Shown piece by piece: positions 36,990 through 48,700 of a stretch of DNA of 64,000 bases. Source of the DNA: Azolla caroliniana (lineage: Eukaryota; Plantae; Polypodiophyta); assembly GCA_043228905.1 (NCBI GenBank), contig JBHGNT010000017.1, positions 4,030,001 to 4,094,000 of the forward strand, given 5' to 3'. The position numbers and the translations under genes are program-made. Each line of letters starts with the position of its first letter. Position 1 is the stretch's first letter. Below the pieces are notes generated by a model. It saw only the letters and a program-made list of their open reading frames with translations. It searched no databases and was not told the DNA's origin.

Positions 36990-37380
36990 TCCAAAACTGA
37001 AACACCCTTAAAGACTGATGGAAATTACAATCATTGAAGCCCAAAGTGGATATATGACCAATCCAAAAACATTACAGAAATAAATAATTTATCGTAAGGG
37101 TTAATAAAGAAACTTTACATTTAACAGTTGAGAATGACAAGCCAAAATTGGAACATCCACAGGGAGTGATTGTGCCTGGGTGTTGCTAATGGAAATACAT
37201 CCAAGAAGCCCAAATTGGGTGTACAATCAATACACAAACATTACAGAAATATAAATTTATTTAAAGAGATTAGAAAGAGATTTTGAATTTAACACTAATC
37301 AATCCAAAACTGAACACTCATAGGGAATAATTATGCTTGGGTGTTACTAATAGAAATTCCAATCATAGAAGAACAAATTA
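36990..37380. repeat. Diverged tandem repeat (150-165-bp unit, about 2.5 copies)
   Basis: Recurring ccaaaa(c/t)tg(g)aaca..., gaagcccaaa and aaacattacagaaata...tttaaca blocks. Confidence 0.65.
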
Positions 37381-38082
37381 TGCAGAATTACAAATTATGC
37401 AGAATTACAAATTTAGGACGCCTTGGAAACAAAGTTGTAAACTCATACTACATTTGGCATGTTGGCACAAATGATCACACTGATGTTTGATGATAAATTC
37501 AAACACAACGCAAAAGAGAAAAATGTTACAACCCGCTCCCTTCAGCAATGAAGAATTTTAACACGTGATCTTTATCTTCTTATTGCTATTTTGAACTGTA
37601 ATTTAAACAGCAATAATGGTGTTTTTTGTAAAAATGGTGATATGAGCTTGAAAATATGAAGTGTACATGTATATAATACATGGAAGTACATGGAGATCTA
37701 AAGACTACGCTCTGGATTATGCATGGAGTTACTAATGAGATGCAATCTCCATTATATGAGAGTACTACTCAGCCATAATCAGGTAGTGTATAAACTGCTT
37801 GAATATCTGAATTACCTGGGTTGAATATATTTCCTTTCTACGACTTATGCAATATACATTCATGTATGGAGTGTCTCAATAAGCTCAATAACACAACTTC
37901 CATACTTTGTACAACTTGTGAAGTGGTGACAAGACACTCGAAATCTCCATCACTCTTGAGGCAAAACATGAAAGGAAATTCAGAAAATTTGTGCAACTTC
38001 ACATTATTTACAAAGTACTTCATTTACTTCTGAACAAGATATGCTTTTCTTTTGTAGCATTCAACTTGACAGATAACTTTCG

Positions 38083-39033
38083 TCATCGATTCTTTCCTTT
38101 TCCATCCCATGCACTGGCTCCGAAGAAATATACTATGTAGATGAGAACGATCACGAAAATTTGCATAGACGTTTGCATATGCTTTGCAATCTCTGTGAAT
38201 AAAAAAGCACTTAAAAAGGCATGGAATTCATGTGTTGTTTTTTCATTCTTAAAAAATTTCCAGATTTATGATTGGGCTTATGAACGAGTTTGATAAAAAT
38301 GGGTCTTGCAAGAAACATTTAGGACGCATTTTTATGATATGGATAGCATAATCACAACATTGTCTTTCAATGCCTGATACAATTGTCCTAAACGCAGACT
38401 TTAGAGACCATGGGCATAACAAAGTGTGCAAAATTAAGAGACAAATAACTGCCTAGTCTCTAGATAAAAACTTCAAAAATTTCACCATATCTATTATACC
38501 ATCATCCCAACCTGTGTAGCTTTTCTGTTATATTTACAGTTTAATCAGAGCCTCTTTTTCTGTGCGACATGTCTATTAATTTATCTTTAAATTAGACCAA
38601 TATCGGATGTGTCTGGGTTCGTTTTTGGATGTACGGCTATTTAAAGCAGAATGTTTTTGTATGGATTTTCTGTCAAACAATCTGCATCTGAGACAGCATT
38701 CAAACACAAGTCCCAAACATCACGACAGTCGGAAGTAAACAAACCTGAGATGGATGACGGGCGGTTGGATTCGAGATTATCTGGTGAATCTGGAGGTTGT
38801 TGATCCGAAGAAGATCTTGCGGTTGTGAGAGAGGAGGACTGATGTGGATCTCTCCATTTCATCACATGAAGAGAACGGAGGAGGAAAGGATGACGCAGGC
38901 GATGGCGATGGCGATGGCGATGGCGATGGCGATGGCGAGGAGATGAGGTTCCAAGAGGAACCATGGTGAATGAAGTAGTAGAGAACCTGAAGGTGGGGGG
39001 AAGAAGAAGAAGAAGTGTAAGTCCTCCCGCCAT
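38083..39033 (-). CDS. Small predicted plastid-targeted single-pass membrane protein of unknown function, 2 exons (39033-38745, 38192-38083), about 132 aa
   Basis: Exon 1 is a Ser/Arg/Pro-rich transit-peptide-like ORF ending at tcag|GTTTG. The acceptor ttcacAG at 38193 gives in-frame EIAKHMQTSMQIFVIVLIYIVYFFGASAWDGKGKNR*, a hydrophobic helix with a short basic tail. Confidence 0.72.
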
Positions 39034-40220
39034 AGCTCGATCAGAGCGAGAGCTTCTATAGAGAAAGGCAGGGAGGAGGGGGGGGGGGGGGGGGGATGAG
39101 GAACAGAACAAAATACTCTGTTTTTTTTTTGCCGCTTTCTCCTTGCTGCTTTTTGCTTTCCTATTGACGTGTCAAGACATTCCACCACTATAAATGAATG
39201 TCCTCTTGGAGCAAAAAGCAAAAAGCAAAAAGCAAAAGGCAAAAGGCAAAAGGCAATATCCTTTTTTTGTTGTTGTTTGCACACGTTTCTATGGATCACA
39301 ATCATGTTTCTTTGGAATTCCCGCTTTCCCGATCGTCCGTGTCCGTCACGCAGTGCACGCTCTTCGAAAAAGCATTATTTGGGAGGGATGGAAGGATCGG
39401 CTAGTCCTCATGAGTCCTCGCAGTCATCATGGACTCGAATCGGACGCTCTCTTGAAAGCTTGAGAAACGTGTAACCCGGCACTAAGTACATATACGGAAG
39501 AGATCAGGGGCGAATTGATCTCGTTTATGGTAGCATCCCCATTGAGAGTGTTGTCCACATATGCCCGAAAATGCCTGGTGAGGAACTCCTACCATCAAAA
39601 CCTTGGTCTCCTTTGAAGCTCGATATGGTGGAGATAACCAGGACCCATCATTCTCACTTTGATTGCTTTTTGGCTTGCTCCTACTTGCCGAGCTTCTAGA
39701 GGCATACATAATCTATCTCGTGAGGTATGGCATGAACCCCCCCAACAAGCCATCGTTGCCATAGAGCATACCAATTTTGCTAAGGGCATCAATGAATTGA
39801 GTCTTAAGTATGTTGTTATGTTAGTGATGGAGCAACTTCAATCCATCTCAAGCTTTCTAAGTAGGAAATGGTGGTTTTGAAAATTCATGTTTCTAACACG
39901 AGCAATCTCAATCTTATTTTACATTGTTGGATCTCTGAACTCATCAGATGAGATTCTCACTTTGACGAACTCATTCTAAGAAGGGTAATCTCCGCTTATT
40001 TCAACTACTGGTTTTACATATCCCAAAACAACATCATTAACAAACCATATGCTGGTACACAAGTCTGAATGAGCTGCCAATGAAATGTAAAGAGCCTACC
40101 CAAGGACTGAACCATTTTCCTGCATTTTCCATTATGTGCAGGATCTTGTATCGACTATTATGCATGTCTATATCCTTTCTCCACCCAATTGTTAGAAATG
40201 CATATTCAAGGTCATAGGGC

Positions 40221-40377
40221 ACTTCCATCCTCATACACAATTAGCTGAAGGAGAGGCTCCTTAACTCATTTTAGTGACTTCCATCCTCATACAATTAGAT
40301 GAAGGAGAGGCTCTTTAACTCATTTTAATGACTTCAATCCTCATGCAATTAGCTGAAGAAGTGGCTCTTTAACTCAT
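40221..40377. repeat. Tandem repeat, 54-56-bp unit, 3 copies
   Basis: acttc(c/a)atcctcat...aattag.tgaag.ag.ggctc.ttaactcat at 40221, 40277 and 40331. Confidence 0.9.
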
Positions 40378-40958
40378 GTTTGATTCATTCTCTATCAGTT
40401 GACGTCCCATCAGACACCCCAAAATATTAAGCAATTTGGTGTAGGGTAGGTGAATTACATAATAATACAGAAAGTGTCAAAATGGTTGGTTAGAAGTTTG
40501 CATAGCCGAAAACCATGAAATTATACATATATTACAGCTTAAAAAGCAATCTCGATCACAAGAAGTTCAGTACACGATGTGTGAAAAGTGAAATCAGGGG
40601 TACGTACGGACAGCTTAAAACAATTTATTGAGTTAAAACATATATATATATATATACATACATATGTTGCTTACGAAGGACAGTTGGATACCAAACCCCA
40701 TACACAATAGCAAGCAAACCAATGGTATAACAAATAAATAACCTGGAGATACACATACATGAGAAAAAGAGTATCTCAGTGAAGAAACAAAACCCCAATG
40801 ACCAAGCAAAAGGACCCTTTCAACAAGTTGCTGTATGTAACCCCTTCATACTCGAGAAGACATATTGATCAAGTGTGTATCAAATGTTGTTCATTCTGCT
40901 TCTCATTTTCGAGGCTCTCGGTCATGAAAACAAAGCTCTCGGAGATGGATAAAGAAGG

Positions 40959-42630
40959 TTAAGATATCGATATCCGGAAAAGCCATAGGAGAATGAATAT
41001 GACAACCATGCAAGCCAAGAGGAAATTGCACAAGGACAAGCTTTGCCAGCAATCTGTCTGTTGATTCATTGTGGTGTTCTCAGCACCCAGATCATTCCAC
41101 TGCTCCATGAAGCCACTGTCTTCAACTCCAAGTATATTCCGTGCCGGAGCTCCACATATTTCACATACCCTGTCATCAAACCCTAACTTTCCATCAGAGA
41201 AAAGAAATAAGGTGATGGCACATCCATGGATATTTATTCAGGTTGTGCCTATTACATGTGAATTGAGAGGTTCATAGTGCCTTCCATGTAGCATAATAAC
41301 ATGAGCCAATGATCAAAACATAATCTTCACTAGTAATACAAAGTACAGATTAACACTCATCATACCACAATTCCTCATTGACAGAATGGTCAAAACATCA
41401 GCTGAGCTATAAAAATACAAGCATAATAAGTTAACCACCTCCCTACTACAAACCTTCCTGTTACATGAATATAGCATGAGACAATGATTGAGACATAAAC
41501 TTATATGATGAGACAAAGCGAGAACTGATCCTTATCATATTATGTACCATCATAATAACATGAGAGAATAATCAAAACATAAGCTTAAATGAGGAGACAG
41601 GGCAAGAATTAATCCTCACCATACTATGTACCATTATGTTATATGCCATGTATAGCATGAGGGAATAATCAAAGCATAAACAAAGCAGGAAGCTAACAAC
41701 CCTAAGTTAGTAGAAATCAAATGAGTACAGAAATAGAAGGAAATACTACCCGTGGCCCTTTGACTGTTTTGTTCTAGTATTACATCTCTCATGTGAAACA
41801 CTAAGTAGCATGAAGCTATTTAACATGATGGGGTTTAACTCATTCTAGTATTATATCTCAGATTTTGTTTTGAGACAAGTTTCACAACCAAAAACTAATC
41901 GCACAAGAGTTGCAAAATCAAATCGTTATGGAAGAGAAAAAAGCTACCTATTTCCCTTGATTTTAAACCAAGCTTCAGCACAATTGCGGTGGGCCAAAGA
42001 GAGGCTATCTTTGCAATGGCATCCAAGTTGTATGGTTTCTGACATGTGGGATTCAGTAAAGGTTAGATGGCATACTCTGCATTCGCTTTCATCCTCCTTG
42101 AGGTCATCTTTAAGCACAATCACCACATTTAGTTCTATGTGCCCCATATCCGGGCCATGAATATAATCATGATCATCACCATTTGACACCATAACCACTT
42201 CTTCTGCATTGTGGTTATTGTTTTCTGATACCATAATCACTTCATCTAAGTCGCGGTTATCGTTTCGAGATTCCACTTTCACTTTTTCTACACCATATTT
42301 ACCATTCTCTGATATCTCGATCCCATTTACCAGACTCTGAGTATCGTTTTCTGATACCATAATAGCTTTTCCAACATTGTGATCATCGTTTTCTGATACC
42401 TTGGTTCCTTTTTCTACATCATGGTTATCATTTTCTGATGCCATAATGGCTTTTCGATTATCATCTTCTGATGCCATAACCAAATTCGTTATATCATGGT
42501 TACTGGTTCTACATATCATTTGGTTAACTCTATCATGCATTATAACATGGTCTACTGTAGTACAGGCCCTCTGATCCTTTGCAATTTCCTCAGCAGTATA
42601 TGATCCAGTAATCAATAATTTAGCCTCCAT
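40959..42630 (-). CDS. RING-CH (RINGv, C4HC3) E3 ubiquitin ligase with C-terminal TM anchor, 2 coding exons (42630-41948, 41169-40959), about 297 aa
   Basis: CRVCHL...LGCHCKDSLSLAHRNCAEAWFKIKGNR|VCEICG across a phase-2 intron, and the hydrophobic tail LCNFLLACMVVIFILLWLFR. The start ATG is inferred, and 5'-UTR exon(s) probably extend to about 43900. Confidence 0.9.
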
Positions 42631-43157
42631 TAGAGCTCCCAAATTCAGTACATTCTTCTTGTAACCACTTCAAATTACTTTCTGACCAAAAAAATTTCAA
42701 ATCAAGAAACAAAGCGCTAGTTTTGGGGAAATGACTCTTAATTCTCTGAAATTGTTTTATATATCTATGTATTTACAACTTTCTGCTACTAGTTTGTGAT
42801 TGATTTTGAGCAGAATCAGTGTCCAAATCCCACCATCTCCACCCACAGAAACAGGTACCTTAGTCCCTCGATTCCATCATTTTCATGGCCAAAAGCTCAG
42901 AAAGAACAAAAAAGAAGAATATGCAATCTCCATATGAACTATGCGCTAAGACAAGAAGGGATGAAGTAAAAGAAACAAATTATGATATTTCCTTTCTGTC
43001 AGAGAAATCCTAATACAGAAGCTTCCAGGATCCTTTTCTGTCCGAGGAACATTAATCTCACTCAACGAAGCTTGCTGCTACTGAAGATCTGTTTCTGCCT
43101 GAGGAAGCCTGATTCAAGCCACCCGTAGATGTGAATAACGACTCCATAAAAGTCCGT

Positions 43158-43349
43158 AAAAGATTCAAGGAGCCCTGTTTCTGTCCGAGGAACCCTAATA
43201 CAGATCATTTCCTAGATACTAATGAAGATCCCACGAGTTTCCTAAAAGATACAAGGAGCCCTGTTTCTGTCCGAGGAACCCTAATCCAGATCATTTCCGA
43301 GATACTAATGAAGATCCCACGAGATTCCTAAAAGATACAAGGAGCCCTG
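43158..43349. repeat. 86-bp tandem duplication (2.2 copies) in the RING gene 5' region
   Basis: aaaagat(t/a)caaggagccctg starts at 43158, 43244 and 43330. Confidence 0.9.
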
Positions 43350-45730
43350 ATCGGGTTTGAGAAATCCCAATCCAAACATCAGATTCCGAAGCGGCAGCAG
43401 GAGGAGGAGGAGGAGGAGACACCATGTTGTCTGCAAACATTCAGAAGGAGAAGGAGAAGGAGAAGATGAGGAAGGGGAATTAAATAGAAGGTGAGATGGG
43501 CATGGCAGAGCAGAAGAAGAAGAAGAAGAAGAAGAAGAAACAGAAGGAGGAGAAGGAGAAGGAGAGGGTGTGAAACCCATGAGAGGACAATAAGGGGCTG
43601 TTGCTTCTGCTTTAAAAAAAGCAGGGCCTAAAAAAGATGGAGGTGGGCGATGGTGAAGAGAGAGAGAGAGAGAGAGAAATGGAGGTTATCCATATCGATG
43701 ATGCTTTCATTGCAAGTCTCTGTCTCTCTGTCTCTCTGTCTCTGTCTGTGTCTGTTTCTTTTAGGGTTAGGTCTACTTTTACTCCTTCCCTTTCTGTTCC
43801 TCCTTCCCCTGTTCCTCTTCTTCCCCCCCCTTTGGAAGGGAAGGGTCACACACACATTCTCTCTCTCTCTCTCTCTAACCCAAGGGCCAAGACCTAGTGT
43901 AGTTTGGTCTCTCTCTCTCTCTCTCTCTCTCTCACCCCATTAGGGTAAAATCTTACTCCGGCCCGATTTGTCCGAATTCCGAAAACCCTAAAACCCGACA
44001 CAATTCTCATGCTATACTATGGTTGGGTGCAATCGGTCATCCCGTCCGTGTATGGCACGTCGGTTTCGCTACATTCGGCTATCGTCCAGGGGAGAACGGA
44101 TTATTCTCACAACTCTTCTCTATTTTCTTACCTTAGGGCGCGTTGTGTAATATCAAAGTCATGCATGATCGGTTCCCATTCCTGGAATTTCCTACTGCTT
44201 TTGTTGTTGACATACATAATCAATGATACCCCCCCCTCACCACCACCTTGTCTCTATTCCTTTTTAGCAACCCACATTAACTTTGCTTTAGTGTTAGTTT
44301 GTGACTCGTGTGAGCTTCAACTTTGCTTAAAATTCCTTCGATCGTAAGATCGACGTACTGGCAAGCACAAAACTAGCTTGTATCCCCCTCCCCCCCCCCC
44401 CCTACCCCCAAAAAGAGAAACAATGGCAACAATAATATTTCGAATGTTCGTAAGTAATAAGTTAGTTTTTGCGAGCATCTCCAAACTCCCATGATTGCTT
44501 TGTTTTGTTTATTTCGAAGCTATCAAGAAACCAATTGAAATTCTTTAAACAATTGTGACCTCCATATGGATACGATGATTTTGGATGGTAACAATTTACT
44601 AGCAAATCTTTGTCTGTATCCTTATTTAAGAAAAATAACTTAAAGTAAATGTTTTCAATTCTCCATTCGTCCCCATTATGTGTGTCCATGTTTTAAAATC
44701 TTGAGCTTACCATACAAGCACATTTTAAATATTATCACCGGTGACATTCACATAAAGAAACAAAATGTTGAAGGCATCTTATTTAAGAATTATTGTCTCT
44801 GGCTAGTCAATTATGAGATCCTCAATGATGTCATCAAAGACTAGCGAAAGTATGTTGATTGTGTTGGATGTTTGAGTCCAAAACGAAACATGTAGGGTAT
44901 TCTCATGTCTCAAACAAATGCAAGTAAAAGCCCTAGATTAAGTGTCTTAGTAACTCGTGTTTTTAATAATAACTCTCACTAGTTTTGGTGGAGGATTAGG
45001 AATGCGTATATGATAAATCATAAGACTATTATATGTGAGAGAAAGAAAGAATGATAAAAAGCATTATATAGATAGATAAAGGATCCATGCCGAAAACAAT
45101 CTAAGTTGTATGTAACTTGCACCTATAGGGATCAACTTATGTTTATATGATATAAGTTGTCTTAGCATTATTATCAATAAAACAATAAGATGCCACAATC
45201 TCACTCTAAATTCTTCATCTTATTGGAGATGTCCAAGGTTTTCCTAGGCTCATATAGCATTCATTTTGCTAATCTCTATGGCAATAATAAACTGAACACG
45301 ATCAAAATTCGGATTCTTCTTGTTGAAATGAAATGTAGAATTCACATTTGCAATAGCCTGAAATGAAATGTTATTTTCACGTTTGCAAAATTCGGATACT
45401 CATTGCTGAAATGAAATGTTGTATGACCAATGAGACCATGGCATGGTTCAGACAATATAATGCTGGGGCAACAATCATTCGGAAGAAAAACAATGAAAAC
45501 ATGTCAACACATACATAGCCTCTGATTTAACCTTTTGGGATGCAACGGATCTTCTGTTACTTAACACTCAAATGAAGCACTCATGTAAAGAAATGACGCG
45601 AGCTCTTACATTACAATTGTGTTGAAATGATACAAAGGGAGCATTCAATGACATTGCCAAGCTCCACACAGTGAATTGCAACTATATAAATACAAAGAAT
45701 ATACATATTTATAAATGGCACATGAACATG

Positions 45731-48700
45731 TTATTTTGTTGATTGTCGCATTCGTGGTGACATACCGCGTAACAAGTTTGTGAACCCAAAGAAGCTTAGT
45801 TTTCCATCATTATGTCGAACCCAATCATGTAGAACAACATGAGCTGGAACTGAGGATGGTATGCCAAGCTCCTGAAATGTGTATAAGAAAATGGAAACAA
45901 AGATTCATGAAAATTTTGAGATAGATGGATATCGTGGATGTCCTTTTTTTGCATCAAAAGATAAAACATAGAACTCACTCGGGCAAGATCTTCGATTAGG
46001 ACAACTCGATTCCCATCTATCTCGAAGATGTGGTAAGCTTTTCTTGTTTGCTCCTCCCATTTCTCAAGTCCTTCAAGTTGTGGCACACTTGTAGCCGCGG
46101 CACAAAATTCTTGAAAATCAAATTTTCTGGATTGTGCGGCTTCAATCTGGTTAAAGAAAAGATGCACATTAGATCCTCTATATATGTACATTGATACACA
46201 TACATACACTAGTTGAAAAAGAAACATTCAAACATGCATGCCTACAGCATGTACGTATGTATGTATGATATGCATGCATGTATGTATGAATGGATGAATG
46301 CATGCATGTATGTATAGACGGATGTATGTATGTATGTATTCGTGCATGAGAGTATGTACATACATACATATGTACATATGTATTGAATGTGTGGATGCAT
46401 GCATGCATGCATGCATTTATGTTGTATGTACACATCCACATACATACATACACGGGTTGAGAAAATTGCAATGCACTATATAGCATTCGAAAGTGTATGC
46501 CATACATACATATACATCCATCATTGCTGGATTAATTTAGGAAGATGGATGCATGCACGTATGCATCTATGCACACGTTTATTTGTGTATGTATATACAT
46601 GTGTACATACATGGGTTCAGAAAATTATAATGCACTGGATAACATTCAAAACATGTATTTATGTCATGCATACATATACAATCCATCATCGTGTACATGG
46701 ATTGAGTAATGGTATAGACTAGCCTCTTAAACATACATAGATCTATGCATAGTATATACACAAATGTATTAGAATAGACCAACCTTTGAAACATCCATGT
46801 ATACCCAAATGCATACATCAGCCTTCTAACACGTCAATGTGTATGTATGTAGGCATGTGTGGATAGATTGAGTAATTCCTTTGAACTATGCATGTATTCA
46901 TGTACATGTATGTATGCATATATTAGAATGCATTACATGGATTGAATAATGCATACATAGGCAACCCTTTGAAAAAATGAATTGAGGGGATAAAATGAGA
47001 GTTCACATACAGGAGCAATCATATCAAACATCCTGGAGTCCTTCATTGCCTTGGTTGAATTTTTTCTTAGCAGCTGTGATACAAGGCATAGGCGTTTCTA
47101 TCAGATATCAGAGAAAGGAATGAACAACAAAAAAACAGTAACATTCAGTGATGCCTCATAAGAAGAAAGGTACTTAACAGATGCGAAATTTTCCGATGAA
47201 ATTTTGCCATTTTTGCCTGGCTCGAGCAATGTAAATTGAGCTCTTAGGTAGAATAGCTGATCTTCTGATAATGTATTTGATAATGCCTGCAAATAACCGC
47301 CAACATATTTTTCATGCAAGTGACCTTGATTGTTTTCAGCCGTGTAATGTGAAATAATTCTTGTTATTTGTAAGTTTCTTTTTATGCAGGACAACGGTAT
47401 AAATAAGAGATGCTACTTTTGGTTTGTCAAAGAAAAACTGAAGGCCCTGTTTTGACACCATTTGTGATTATTTGAATATTTTTGGTACTTAGTTTATCCA
47501 GGAACAGCTTTGTTATATTCTTCCTGTTCCTCTTCAACAACTTCCGAAAGCACTTTTAAAGATGAATGTGATCCTTAACTAGAGATTTCACATGCTCTTC
47601 AAAAACCTCTATAAACTCTTTGAAACGAATTTGTCAAAGTTATAATGCGTCAGTGTTTAATCTTACTCTCGTTATCTTGACCTTCTTTTTGGCATCACCT
47701 ATGTGTAGGAAGCTCATTAAGATCCATCTGTTTTTCTCATTTGTCCCATGTGTTTCAACCCCCAGCTAAGACCATACTCACAAAACTGAAGGCATTTGAT
47801 CCTATGCTTGTCTTGTCTGTATGCAGCACTCATAATCTCATAAAATACAGCATCCATCCATGTAATATAAATCCAAACTACTCATATCTAGTAAAGACCG
47901 ATCATGATTCTTCATCATCAAAACTCAAAAGTGATATTTGTTACGCCAATGCTGTCAAATACTTGTTTGTTCATTAGACTCTTTGTTGTTCATGGTAAAC
48001 ATATGAAATATCCAAATTGCATACCGTCCCTAATACTACCATCCCAAAATAAGTGGGAGAACTCTTTCTCCTACCTGCAGCTAAAGTTTTTTTTTCCCTA
48101 AGATAACAAGGTCAAAGCAACTTCACAACAGCCAAACACCACCAAAACAGCACACGCATGTCCTAGCTTTCTGACTACCCTCCTAGATTAACAACTAAGT
48201 ACCTCTATCCAATAAAAACTCATAGGCTCCTTTGTCCTCAAAATTATGTCATGAAACAATTTCTAAGATCTCTTCACATATTATTGAAGAACACAACCAT
48301 ATCGAGTTTTAAGGGTTTTCCTGTCAATCCACAGTGTTTCCTAGAAGCTACAATGTCTTATATGACCCAGAACGAGGGCTAAAAGATCAAGATCTAAAGG
48401 GAACCATAGAGGAAGACGAGAAAGTTGAGGATGTAGGATCAAACCTATCCTTATATCTTATTGCAGATTTTAGCAAACTCCAGGTGAATAAAATTCTGGT
48501 CAAGTTAATCTTGCCAGCCAAAGGGACAATGTCTTCCAAGATTATTTTGCAGTGTGTTCCAGGACTAGATGTTACCTCCATAGCTTGACATTAGAGAGAA
48601 TATTGAGTTTAGAATCGGTCATGTAAGAAATTATGGGTTCCCAAGTCTCTTATCAAAACTAGTGATTGCCACTCTTTATTGTGCATTCTCTTTAGTTTTC

